Shown here one piece after another: positions 10,236 to 20,901 of a stretch of DNA of 44,916 nt. Within the stretch, counting starts at the first letter, position 1. Every line of letters starts with the position of its first letter. Under the pieces are notes generated by a model. That model made no database searches. It was given only the letters and a program-made list of their open reading frames with translations, and was not told the DNA's origin. Both the position numbers and the translations under genes were made by a program. The stretch covers positions 1 through 44,916 of the forward strand of contig CBDANQ010000007.1 in NCBI GenBank assembly GCA_965197725.1. The letters are read 5' to 3'. This stretch comes from Longimicrobiales bacterium (lineage in GTDB: Bacteria; Gemmatimonadota; Gemmatimonadetes; Longimicrobiales; Gaopeijiaceae).

Positions 10236-11512
10236 TGAATCGACGTGTGGTCATCACGGGCTTGGGCGTCGTCGCCCCGAACGGCAATGGACTCGAGGCC
10301 TACGAAGCCGCGCTGCGCGCCGGCGCTTCGGGGATCCGTCACGTTCCCATTCTCGAGGAGCTGAAGTTCGGCTGCACGGCCGCTGGTGTGCCCCAGGAAA
10401 CGGACGCGATCGCCGAAGCGTACTTCGACGAGGACGAGCTGCGCGCGATGAACTCCAACCACCGCTTCGGCTGCATCGCGGCGGTGGACGCATGGACCGA
10501 CGCCGGATTCGCGCGCCCCGACCGCGCAGACGATCACGTCTACTGGGAGGCCGGCGCGGTGATCGGCACCGGCATCGGCGGGCTCGACACCGCGGGCGAG
10601 AAGCTGGTCCCCATGACGGATGCCGCCAAGGTGCGCCGCCTCGGCAGCACGATCGTCGAGCAGATCATGGGCAGCGGAGTCTCGGCCCGCGTTTCCGGCC
10701 TGCTGGCGCTCGGCAACCAGGTCACGTCCAACTCGAGCGCGTGCAGCACTGGCGCCGAGGCGATCGTGGGCGGGTGCCAACGCATCCAGAACGGTCTCGC
10801 GGACCGCATGTTGTGCGGCGGCAGCGAGGGCTCGAGCCACTACATCTGGGCGGGCTTCGACGCGATGCGGGTGCTCTCCCGAAAATTCAACGACGAGCCA
10901 GAGAAGGCTTCTCGACCGCTCTCCGCTTCTGCCGCCGGGTTCGTGCCGGGCAGCGGTGCCGGAGTCGTCCACCTGGAGAGCCTCGAGAGCGCGCAGGCGC
11001 GCGGTGCGAGGATCTACGCCGAGGTGCTGGGCGGCTCACTGAATTGCGGTGGACACCGGCACGGCGGCAGCATGACGGCGCCCAACCCCACGAGCGTGCG
11101 GCGCTGCATCCGCCAGGCGGTCGAGGCAGCAGGTATCGAGTCTGACGAGATCGACGCCATTAACGGCCACCTCACGGCCACCGGAGCCGACCCGCACGAG
11201 GTCGAGTCCTGGGCGGCCGCGCTCGAACGCACGCCGGAGAACTTGCCGCTCATCTGCTCGACGAAATCCATGATCGGGCACGGCCTGGGGGCCGCTGGAG
11301 CGATGGAATCAGTGGCATGCATCCTCATGCTCCAGGGTGGCTTCGTGCACCCGTCGATCAACTGCGAGGATGTGCACCCCGACATCGAACCGTACGCCGC
11401 CTCGATCCCCCACGAGGTCGCGGAGACGCCCGAGTTGCGCACGATCATCAAGGCCGGTTTCGGCTTCGGCGACGTGAACGTATGCGTGGTCTTCCGTAAG
11501 TGGTCCGACTAA
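10235..11512 (+). CDS. Beta-ketoacyl-ACP synthase (FabF/FabB family)
   Basis: RRVVITGLG, SSACSTG, NGHLTAT, KSMIGH (Cys-His-His), GFGFG. Confidence 0.9.
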   Translation: MNRRVVITGLGVVAPNGNGLEAYEAALRAGASGIRHVPILEELKFGCTAAGVPQETDAIAEAYFDEDELRAMNSNHRFGCIAAVDAWTDAGFARPDRADDHVYWEAGAVIGTGIGGLDTAGEKLVPMTDAAKVRRLGSTIVEQIMGSGVSARVSGLLALGNQVTSNSSACSTGAEAIVGGCQRIQNGLADRMLCGGSEGSSHYIWAGFDAMRVLSRKFNDEPEKASRPLSASAAGFVPGSGAGVVHLESLESAQARGARIYAEVLGGSLNCGGHRHGGSMTAPNPTSVRRCIRQAVEAAGIESDEIDAINGHLTATGADPHEVESWAAALERTPENLPLICSTKSMIGHGLGAAGAMESVACILMLQGGFVHPSINCEDVHPDIEPYAASIPHEVAETPELRTIIKAGFGFGDVNVCVVFRKWSD

Positions 11513-11560
11513 CCTTAGTCTTTACGATTCCAAATCGAACTCATAGGAGCTACCACGCCC

Positions 11561-11806
11561 ATGGATCACAGTGAGATCCGCGCTAAGATCGTTGAAATCA
11601 TCGGCGTCTATGCCAAAGACAAAGATGCCTTGGCGTCGGCGACCGACGAGACGAACATCCTTCAGGACCTAAAGGTGAACTCGGCGCGGCTGGTGGACGT
11701 CATCCTCGACTTCGAGGACGCCTTCGACATCGAGGTCGAAGACGAGGACGCCGACAACGTGAACACCATTGGCGACGCCCTCACCCTCATCGCTGCCAAA
11801 CTCTGA
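11561..11806 (+). CDS. Acyl carrier protein
   Basis: 81 aa, acidic; LKVNSARLVDVILDFEDAFDIEV with the phosphopantetheine Ser in NS rather than DS; AGGAG RBS. Confidence 0.9.
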   Translation: MDHSEIRAKIVEIIGVYAKDKDALASATDETNILQDLKVNSARLVDVILDFEDAFDIEVEDEDADNVNTIGDALTLIAAKL

Positions 11807-11814
11807 CCCTCCAG

Positions 11815-12570
11815 ATGAGTCTGTCTGCCGCAACCCGCTTCAACCTCTTCGTGCAACGCGAAGTGGGGAGGCTGTGGTCGGTCGTCTGGGTTCCTGCGTC
11901 CATCTTCGTCCTCAGCGTCATCATGCGCTATCGCATTAGAGACGTCAGGGATCTGCGCCGCCGGTTCCGCACGCTTGTTAGGGAAACCGACAAGCCGATC
12001 CTGATCTGCCCCAACCATCTGACCATGGTCGATTCGGCTTTGGTGACGTGGGCGCTCGGCGGGCCGTGGTGGTTGGTGTTCCACTACCGCTGGGTGCCGT
12101 GGAACCTGCCCGAGTACCACAACTTCGCTTCGGTGTGGTTCAGCCGAATGGCCGCGTGGGCGATCAAGTGCATCCCGATCGTGCGCGGCGGGGAGCGCGC
12201 ACAGGTCTCGAAGGTGCTCAAGCGCATCCAGCACGTCGTTTCGCGCGGCGACACGGCAATCATCTTCGCGGAGGGTGGTCGCAGTCGGACCGGCCGCATC
12301 CAGATGGAGACGATCGCACACGGTATGGGCAGGATCGTGAATTCCATCCCCGACTGTCACGCGCTATGCGTGTACCTGCGTGGCGACCGGCAGGACAGGT
12401 GGTCGACGATCCCGAAGCGGGGCGATTCGTTCTACGTGGACTTCGAAGTGTTCCGCCCCGAGTCCGAGAACTCCGGCATGCGCCGCTCGCGTGACTTCGC
12501 GATGCAGATCGCGGACCGGCTGGTGCGGCTAGAGGAGAAGTACTTCGCGCTACAGCGGGCGACGCCCTAG
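11815..12570 (+). CDS. PlsC-like lysophospholipid acyltransferase
   Basis: NHLTMVD (HX4D) and FAEGGRS motifs. Confidence 0.85.
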   Translation: MSLSAATRFNLFVQREVGRLWSVVWVPASIFVLSVIMRYRIRDVRDLRRRFRTLVRETDKPILICPNHLTMVDSALVTWALGGPWWLVFHYRWVPWNLPEYHNFASVWFSRMAAWAIKCIPIVRGGERAQVSKVLKRIQHVVSRGDTAIIFAEGGRSRTGRIQMETIAHGMGRIVNSIPDCHALCVYLRGDRQDRWSTIPKRGDSFYVDFEVFRPESENSGMRRSRDFAMQIADRLVRLEEKYFALQRATP

Positions 12571-12590
12571 ACGCCGTCGGGGGGGCACCC

Positions 12591-13787
12591 GTGATGTGGC
12601 CGTGTAAGGGCCTCGACTTCAGCTGGGAAGACTGGGTCTTCGCGCTCGAGTCTTCGCTCACCCCACCTCGCCGCCGGACCCTGGGTGCCCGGGTCGAGCG
12701 GCTCTGGTCCGAAGACGGTGACGCGATCGCCTGCCTCACGGTGCGCTCGGCATTCGACCTCTTCCTGCGATCGACGCGGTGGGATGGGGGCGACGAGATC
12801 ATCTTCTCTGCTGTCACGGTACCCGACATGCCGGTCGTCGCCAGGCACCATGGTCTGCGCACTGTGCCCTTGGACATCGACCCGATCACGACCGTGTGGG
12901 ACGCGGCTGAGCTCGAGGCACTGATCGGTCCGCGTACGCGGGCCGTCGTGCTCACCCATCTCTACGGAGCCCGACTCGACGTCGAACCCGCCGTCGAAGT
13001 CGCTCGGCGTCACGGCATCATGGTGATCGAGGACTGCGCGGAGGCGTACGCGGGCCCGGAATGGAGGGGGCACGCCGAAGCGGACCTCAACCTCTTTTCC
13101 TTCGGCCCCTTGAAGACGGCGACCGCGGTCGGTGGAGGCCTCGTGCGCGTGCGCAATGCCGGGCTACGGGAGCGAATGCGCTCGATCATGAAGAGTGATC
13201 CGGTACAACCCACGCTCGAGCACCTCCGGCGGCTGATCATCTATGGCGCGTTAAAAGCCTCCACCAACCCTCACCTCTTCGGCATCTACATCGTGGTCCT
13301 GGGGGCACTGGGGGTCGACCACGCAGAGCTCATCCACAGGCTCCCGCGTAGCGTCAGCCGCGAGGATCTGCTCACCAGAATTCGCCGGCAGCCGTGCGCA
13401 GCCTTGCTGGCGCTTCTCGAGCGCCGCCTCTACGAGGGGGACGCCGCAATCTCGCGACGGACCGAGCTGGGCCGCTCGCTCTTCGAGGCCTTGGGACCGG
13501 AAGTCGATTTGCCGACCCGGGAGGTCGACACCCACAGCTATTGGTTCGTGCCGGTTCTCACGTCCGAACCCGAGGCGCTCGCTCGCGAGCTCCGCAGCGA
13601 AGGCTTTTACCCGATGTCAGGACGACTCGCCGTGGTTACGGACACCAGCGCCCCGGATACCGCTTCGCCCGGTGCGCAACGGCTCGTTACAAGGAGCGTG
13701 TACATCCCCTTCGATCCCCAGATGCCAGCGCTCGAGCTGAAGCGCCTGGGTGGAATCGTGACCGCAGCCGCGAAGAAGGTCCCGTGA
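12591..13787 (+). CDS. DegT/DnrJ/EryC1/StrS-family PLP-dependent aminotransferase-like protein
   Basis: THLYG, IEDCAEA and SFGPLKTATAVGGG with PLP Lys. Confidence 0.8.
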   Translation: MMWPCKGLDFSWEDWVFALESSLTPPRRRTLGARVERLWSEDGDAIACLTVRSAFDLFLRSTRWDGGDEIIFSAVTVPDMPVVARHHGLRTVPLDIDPITTVWDAAELEALIGPRTRAVVLTHLYGARLDVEPAVEVARRHGIMVIEDCAEAYAGPEWRGHAEADLNLFSFGPLKTATAVGGGLVRVRNAGLRERMRSIMKSDPVQPTLEHLRRLIIYGALKASTNPHLFGIYIVVLGALGVDHAELIHRLPRSVSREDLLTRIRRQPCAALLALLERRLYEGDAAISRRTELGRSLFEALGPEVDLPTREVDTHSYWFVPVLTSEPEALARELRSEGFYPMSGRLAVVTDTSAPDTASPGAQRLVTRSVYIPFDPQMPALELKRLGGIVTAAAKKVP

Positions 13788-14470
13788 CCGTTGAAGACGT
13801 CGAACGCTTCGAGAAGATCGGTCGGAGCCTCGACGAGCTCGTCCATATCGCGTGGCAGAAGCGGGCGTTCGATATAGCGTTCTCCTTGCTGCTGATCGTA
13901 ATCTTCTCGCCGGTCATCGTGTTGATCCTGTTGGCGATCACTGCGGACGGGCTGCTCGTCCCGGGGTACCGGGGCCCCCTCTTTCTGACCGAGGACCGTG
14001 GCTCGGAGGGCGACATCTTCCACCTGCCCAAATTCCGGATCATCCGCATGGATAGCTTTCGGCGAATCCGCAAGACGCAGAAGTACCAGCACATCAAGCC
14101 CATCGAATCCGACCCGGACAACGTCACGAGAGCCGGCGCCATTCTGAAGCGGTTCTACCTCGATGAGTTACCGCAGCTGTTCTCGATCCTGAAGGGCGAC
14201 ATGAGCTTCGTCGGCCCACGCCCCTGGCCACTCGAGCCGTACTACGAGGAACTCGAGAAAGGGATCTTCAGAAAGCGACTGATACGCCCAGGGCTTACGG
14301 GGCTCGTGCAAGCCAACAAGGGTGTCAAAGGCGGCCCTAACGAGTGGGCCCTGGACTTCGCGTACATCGGCTTCATGCACGCCGAGCGAAGCGGATGGGC
14401 GAAGCTCGCCTTCGACCTGCGGGTGCTGACGCACTCGACGAAGACGGTGTCCGAGGGAAAAGGGCTGTAG
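13784..14470 (+). CDS. Bacterial sugar transferase (PglC/WcaJ-type phosphoglycosyl transferase domain)
   Basis: KRAFDI, KFR, LDELPQL, GDMSFVGPRP and RPGLTGL motifs; GTGA overlap. Confidence 0.9.
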   Translation: MTVEDVERFEKIGRSLDELVHIAWQKRAFDIAFSLLLIVIFSPVIVLILLAITADGLLVPGYRGPLFLTEDRGSEGDIFHLPKFRIIRMDSFRRIRKTQKYQHIKPIESDPDNVTRAGAILKRFYLDELPQLFSILKGDMSFVGPRPWPLEPYYEELEKGIFRKRLIRPGLTGLVQANKGVKGGPNEWALDFAYIGFMHAERSGWAKLAFDLRVLTHSTKTVSEGKGL

Positions 14471-14891
14471 GCAGCGCACCACCACCGGCACGACCTCGAA
14501 ACCGCTACCGTGATCTGCTACCCTCGTACTAATCGGCCGACTATTTTCGCGCCCCCTTGAGTGCCGAGACCCTGACCGCCTAGCGCAAATCGAGCGCGCG
14601 AGGTCGAACGAGAGAGGTCTATGCTCGACACATCCCGCACGGATGCAGATGGAACGCGACGCGCCGTGCGGTCTCGGGCGGCCGGGACGGCACGGACACT
14701 GCTTGCGCTCATCGGCCTGGTCATCTGCTTCCCACCCTCCTTGCTTGCGCAGCCCGCCGACCGTGGAGAAGTAGTGGCCGTAGGCGAGCGCTATCGCGCT
14801 GGGCCCCTCCATCGGTGGATCCTGGGCCGACACTACCGCGAGATGGTGTCCCGCTGACAGTTGAAGGTGGTGGCGCCGGAGAGTCTCTTGG

Positions 14892-17187
14892 TTAGCCTGT
14901 CTTTCTCATTTCGGCAACCGGTTCATGGTCGTCGAGGTGGGCCCTGAGCATCCAGAGCTGGTCGTAGCCGATGATCCTCCGGTAGCTCTTCTCGGTTTCC
15001 ACGAACGAGGCCGCAGCCCAGCGCAAGGCCATCGCTCCGTTCTTCCAGTTAGTCACCCTGCGGGTCTTCCGTCTTACGCCCGAGTGGGTGCTGTCGATCA
15101 GGTTGGTCGAGCCCAGGCACTTCCTCAGCCGCGGTGGGAGGCCGAGCCGGTTTATGGTGAACATCTCGCTGAGGCCTTCGCGCAGGCTGGCTGCGGCCGA
15201 GGGGTGGTCGCGCTCGAGCCATCGGGCGAGCTGCTCGAGCTTCTGCTCGCCCTGCTTCGCGTCCAGCTTCATCGCCGCCCGGAACGCCGCCTTCACCTGA
15301 GGATGCTGATCCTTCGGCAGATGACCCAGCACGTTGCGGAGCTTGTGGTTGCGGCAGCGCTGGATGGGGTGACGTTGGCCGAACACCTTCTCGATCGCCT
15401 TCCTGAGCGCTTTCGAGCCATCGATCACGAACAGCCGCCGCCTGCCCGGGTCCAGGCCGCGCTCGACCAGATCCTCTAGGAGAAATAGGTTCCCAGCGGA
15501 TGATGGGTGGGAGAGAAGGCAGACACGCGGGGGCTGGTCACCTCGGCGTTCTCACTCGCTCCTTCGGCCTCACGCCCAGCACGTGCTTCTTTCCGGTCTG
15601 CGAGTCCACGCGCTACCGCAGCATCCGGCGGCGGTTGTCGTAGGTCGGCGTCTGCGCGTCCCGGTTGTTCTTCCACGTTGGCTGCGAACAGCTCCCGCTC
15701 GATCACGCCCGTCATGGTCTTGTTCGAGTGGTAGCGCTTTGTCGAGCCACCATCTCGGGCTCTACCTGAGCTGCCGCTCTGCCTCGTCCAGCGTGTTGGG
15801 GCAGCACGCCACATCTCCCCCGTCCATCGTCTGCACCGTCACCGCCCAAGCCGCACCGGTCTCCCGACCGCCTGCTCCAACTTGTCCAGGCCGTCCTGCG
15901 CTCTTCGTGATCCGCGCCTCCGGGTCGTGCGGAGCACCCAGTCCTCTCGAGGTCCAGCGTCGTCAGATCCTTGCGCGTCGGCGTCTCGATCCCCGACGCC
16001 CGGGCCACCTGCTCCAGCCATTCACGTAGCCCAACCCGTCTCGATCGTGCGCATCGCCGCATTCTCCAGCGTCGTCGAGTCGACGCCCAGGCGTCTTCCG
16101 CTCACCCCGACCCCTTCAGCACTCCAGCACCCGCCCGAACACCGCCGCGTGCGCTTCCACGCTCAGGCGCTTGCGCGTCTTGCGAATGCTCGGGTTCTTC
16201 GCCCACCCGTCTCACGCAACGACAACGAGTCCCCACACCGCCAGGCAATGCCCCGCTCCGAGCCGATCCCTTCCAGGTAGCCCACCATCATCATTCGGAA
16301 ATACACGCAATCCCCGGCCGACCCCGGTCCGCGTAGCCGGCATGCCTCTTCCGCGAACTCGTCAAATCGCCGCTCCAAGGCCCAGTAGAACGGGTTGTCA
16401 GGCCCATCTCGCTCGCCACCACGAGGCCTCGGGCCGCCCACGCCATCGCCGTCCTCGCTGCACCCTCGTGTCCTCCTGATTTAACACAACCGGACCGACT
16501 CCACGGTCTGCTAGGAGCTGGTCACCTCGGTTCTCACTCGCTCCTTCCCTCACGTGCTTCTTTCCGTCTGAGTCCACGCCACAGCAAGCACGTGGTGCGC
16601 CCATCTGGATCCCGTCCAGGTAGATCACCAGGAGGTCCCACGCATCGCTCCATCAGCTCCTTCAGCACGCGCTCCGAGGCCTCGACCGTCTCACGGCTCA
16701 CCGCCGACTTGCTCACCCCGACCGTGTCGGCCATCTCACCGATCACACGGCCGTACTTTCGCGTGCTCACCCCCGCCATCAGGACCTCGAGCATCCGATC
16801 CGCCACGGCGCCCGGTCTCCGCATCGCTGCGTACGCCGGCACCTCGACCTCGCCACCCTCCCCGGCGCCCCGGCGCCTGAGCCGTGGCCGCTCCACACGC
16901 ACCTTCCGGTCCAACAGGTAAACCACACCACCCTGCCGGCCATACCACACCGTGTCGTCTTCCGCTCGTGACCGACCTGCCTGCTTCACGCCTGCCACAC
17001 CCTCGGCGCTCATCTCCAGCACCGCTTCGATCGTCGCTCGTCCCATCACCTGGATGACTTCGTCGATCGCGACCTCCGTCTGCTCCACGAGCTCAAGCAT
17101 CGGAAGCAGAAACTGCCCCTCCCGCTTCAGGAACTCCCTGATCGCGCGCTTGTCCGCCCGATCCCTTACCTCGTACGTTCTCTTCAT
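14892..17187 (-). pseudogene. IS256 (mutator-type) transposase split into 16534..17187 and 14892..15479
   Basis: GVSTRKY, GVSKSAVSR, IYLDG, VIDGSKAL, QRCRNHKLRNV and STNLIDS motifs; split by a nested insertion and frameshifts. Confidence 0.9.
15480..16510 (-). mobile_element. Heavily eroded IS1182/IS5-like element nested in IS256
   Basis: Fragments NPFYWALE, VYFRMMMVGYLEGIGSERGIAWRCGDSLSLR, DSTTLENAAMR, ASGIETPT and YHSNKT; CTAG duplicated at 15476-15479 and 16511-16514. Confidence 0.7.
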
Positions 17188-19745
17188 CGTGGTGGCTCCG
17201 TGTTGGGGTTTTTGCCTACCCGAGCCTATCGGCCCGGGACCCCCGGAGCCACCACTTTTCTTTCTCCCCTATCAGGGACCTTCAACTACGGTTGGGACAG
17301 CTTCCTACCGCGACGTGTGGACCCAGATGATCCAGGTCGAGCTGCTCGACCTGTCGTCGTTCGCCGGTGGACTCGAGCCGCTTCGCACCGGCGGAGGGCG
17401 ACAGACGAGATCCTTGAGGTTTAGAGGCGCGGACGGTCGGGAGTACGCCTTCCGCTCCGTCGACAAGGATCCCTCGGCCGTCCTAGACCCACTTCTTCGC
17501 GGGACGGTCGTTAACGAGCTCGTTCAGGACGGGATCAGCGCGGCCCACCCCTACGGCGCGCTGGTCGCGGCACCGCTCCTGGAAGCGGCGGGAATCCTGC
17601 ACGTCGAGCCCCAGCTCAGGCTCATGCCCGACGATCCCGCGCTCGGGGAGTTCAGGGAGGAGTTCGCCGGAGTTCTGGGGCTCATCGAAGAACGCCCGGA
17701 CGAGAACGAGGGTGACCGCGCCGCTTTCGCCGGGACGACTCGCGTGATCGCAAGCGAGACGTTGACCGAGCGCCTCGATCGGGGCCCCGGTGACCTGGTC
17801 GACGGTGCTGCGTTTCTCAAAGCCCGGCTCATCGACGTCTTCCTCGGGGACTGGGATCGGCACCGGGGACAGTGGCGGTGGGCGACCTACAGCGAGGCGG
17901 AGCCCAGGACATGGCTGCCCGTGCCGACCGATCGCGACCAGGCGTTCTCCAAGTTCGACGGCGCTGCGACTCGAATCGTGAGCCTGTACATGCCTCAGTT
18001 CGTTCGCTTCGAGGACAGCTATCCGGACATCAAGCGATTGCACTGGAACGGGCGGGCCTTGGACCGGTGGTTCTTGTCCGGGCTCGAACGACACGTGTGG
18101 GACTCAGTGGGGACCGCACTGCAGGCGCGACTCACGGACGACGTGATCGAGGAAGCGGTCGGGCAGCTGCCGCCCGAGATCCACGCCCTCGGCGGTGAGG
18201 AGCTCGCCCGCACGTTGAGAGTGAGAAGGGACCACCTCGACGAGGCGTGGCACGAGTTCTACCGACTGCTCGCCGACAAGGTCGACATCCACGCCACCAG
18301 CGTCGACGAAGTGCTCGTGATCGATCGCTCGGAGTCGGGTCGCGTCGGTGTTACGCTCACCGCGCCCGATCACCTGGAAGCACCGTATGTTCAGCGTCGC
18401 TTCGACGCGACGGAAACTGACGAGATCAGGATCTACCTAAGGGGCGGCGATGACCACGTAGTAGTGCGGGGCGGCGCCCGGCCGGATATCGCGATCCGCA
18501 TCATCGGTGGGGCAGGAGACGACCGCTATGAATTCGCTTCGGATGGACAGCGAGTACGACTCTACGATTACGAGGGCGACAACCGGGTATCGGGCGGCGG
18601 ATCTCAGCCGATCGACGACAAGGAGTTCGACGAGTGGGTCTGGACCGAAGAGGACCGTGATCAACCCCTCGATTGGGGCAGCGGTACGCTGCCGATCTTC
18701 TGGTCTTTGTACTCGTCCGATCTCGGATTCTTCCTGGGGGGCGCTGCCCACTTTGAGCGCTACGGCTTCCGGAAGCCACCGTACGCATCGTCGTTCGACA
18801 TCCGAGGCGGGTACACGCCGACCCTCGGCAAAGGACGGGTCGAGATCGACGGACGCCTGAACCAGGAGAACTCCTCGGTCTTCTGGACGTGGGGGGGCCG
18901 TATCTCACGGCTGGACGTGCTCCACTATTTCGGGCTTGGTAACACGGCCCCCGCCGGTGCGGAGTCGTTCCACAAGGTCGACCAGACAGCTGCCTCTTTC
19001 GCGCTCGGGCTCGGGGTCTCGCCAAGCCCCCGATTCGTGTTGTCGGGTGGCCTAGCGCTCGAGCGGTTCAGCACGGGAGAGAACACCGGGCGCTTCTACA
19101 ATACTTTGGGCTCGATCTACGGGGACGGCCAGTTCATCCAGCTCGGAGCTACGGCTAGCCTCGTGCTGGACCCGTTCATCGATTCCGAGACCACCGGTAA
19201 CCGTATCCGTGTCTCGCTCACCGCCACGGCCTTCCCGGAGCTCCTCGACGTCGAGCGGCCGTTCGGCAGGGCCGGCGCTGAGGTATCCACTCTGTTGGCC
19301 CCCTCTCTCGACCCCTGGATTTCGCTCGCACTGCGGGCGGGTGGTGAGCGGGTCTGGGGTCGATTCCCCTGGTATGAAGCAGCCTTCCTCGGGGGTACGT
19401 CGACGATCCGCGGGTGGGCCGACCAGCGCTTCGCCGGGGACGCATCAGCGTTCGGCAGCGCCGAGCTCCGGCTCCGGATGTGGCGTCCTCGGGTCGTGAT
19501 TCCGGTGGGCACAGGCGTGTTCGGGTGTGCTGACGCGGGACGCGTGTACCTTAATGGGGCTTCGCCTGGAGGATGGCATACCAGCCTCGGTGGAGGTGTC
19601 TGGTTCCAACCGGTCAGGCAGCCCTATATCGTTCGCGCGGGAATCGGAGTCAGTGACGAGTCCACAAAGTTCTTCATCGTTCTCGGGCTGCCGTATTAGA
19701 CAGCGACTCAGCGCACTCGCACATCCGGCGTACTACCACGGTACG

Positions 19746-20183
19746 CTACGCCAGCGGTTCGAAGGCGACGGAGTCGACGAGGTGCACTCCGTTCGCGAGC
19801 GTCTTGTGAACCGGACAGCGCCGCGCCACCTGCGTAAGCCGGGCTCGCTGGGCATCGTCGAACGTGCCGCGGATCGTGACCTGCGAACTGATGCGCTCGA
19901 TCCATCCGTCGCCGCGTTCGTCACAGTCCGCACAATCGTCGGCGCGGACCCAGTCGAAGTCGAGCCTCACATCAACTTCAGGAAGGGTGATTCCTTTGTA
20001 GTTCGCATAGAGCCGGAGCGTGATGACGATGCACGCGGCGAGGCTGCCGAGCAGGATCTCGTAAGGCGTCGGCCCCAGGTCGGTCCCCCCGGCGCCGAGC
20101 GGTTCGTCTGAGCGCCAAGTGAACTGGCGAGCCTGAAGGGTGACCTCCGTCCCCTCTTGGAGTACAGCAGTTACGACCGCCAT
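19746..20183 (-). CDS. OsmC/Ohr family protein
   Basis: DEPLGAGGTDLGPTPYEILLGSLAAC and RCPVHKTL (two conserved Cys). Confidence 0.9.
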   Translation of the reverse strand: MAVVTAVLQEGTEVTLQARQFTWRSDEPLGAGGTDLGPTPYEILLGSLAACIVITLRLYANYKGITLPEVDVRLDFDWVRADDCADCDERGDGWIERISSQVTIRGTFDDAQRARLTQVARRCPVHKTLANGVHLVDSVAFEPLA

Positions 20184-20474
20184 TCTGCTTCTCCCTCGTT
20201 GCGGGGGCGATCCTCTTGTCACGGCCGGGACAGCAAAGGTACGGCGTGGTCAGGGACCCCTGAAGGGCGGAGAGCTGGAGCACGAACTTTCTTACTAGCG
20301 CGTGAGATGTCATGAACACGGGGCCTACCCCACCACCGTGCGCGCGACGGCTGACAGCGGCACGACATATTCCCCATCAACGTGTTAGCGACACCAGACA
20401 CTCGTGTCACCTGCTTGGCACGCCTCTTGTCCTTAGGACCAGAAAGTTGGGTGAGTGTGACCCACGGAAAAAAC

Positions 20475-20802
20475 GCGGCATGGGCGGCAGAGTTCGGTGT
20501 TGAAGTCGATAGCACGGTCGGGTTGCGTCTCGATCGAGCCGTGGGGCGTAAGGACGACATCGTTCGGGGGATCGTGAAGGGAATTCACTCGGCTCTTCGT
20601 CGCCGCGGCGAGGCCATCGAGTTCATCGAGGGCGAGGGGCGCTTTCTCTCTGGGCACGAGGCCGACGCCGACCGAAGATCGATCACCTTCGAAAACGCCG
20701 TCACCGCGACCGGCGCCCGCCGCCGGACGCCCCGGATCCCCGGCCTCGGCTCGCTGAAGGTTCTGAACAATCGGACCGCCCCCGAGCTCAAGACTCTTCC
20801 TG
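20475..20802 (+). pseudogene. Internal fragment of a pyridine nucleotide-disulfide oxidoreductase (MerA/Lpd-like)
   Basis: AAEFGV...RKDDIV...IEGEGRFLS...TATGARRRTPRIPGL...ELKTLP; the N-terminal GxGxxG/CxxxxC and the C-terminal domains are missing. Confidence 0.65.
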
Positions 20803-20901
20803 GTGATCATGGCGACACCATACACAGCTGGAGCTCCTCAGCGGCGCTCACTTCCCGGATCGAAATCGGGCCTTCCCTGACACGGTTATCCTGTGCCAAG
20901 C

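Larger units (their letters stand above)
14842..17304 (-). mobile_element. IS256-family insertion sequence (disrupted)
   Basis: 9-bp TSD CTACCGCGA at 14833-14841 and 17305-17313; imperfect TIRs GATGGTGTCCC..AGTTGAAGGT and GAAGCTGTCCC..AGTTGAAGGT. Confidence 0.9.
14621..19699 (+). pseudogene. Kinase-like/Omp85 (BamA/TamA-type barrel) outer-membrane protein, copy 1, interrupted by IS256
   Basis: 14621-14841 encodes a signal peptide and ...WILGRHYR. Removing the IS and one CTACCGCGA copy restores HYRDVWTQ in frame with 17314-19699. The C-terminus has IRGW..RFAG and ADAGRVY barrel motifs and a terminal aromatic residue. Confidence 0.85.

Noticed and set aside
16952..17304. N-terminal ~118 aa of the 915-aa ORF
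   Set aside because: It is the antisense of the IS256 left end. The real N-terminus is at 14621.
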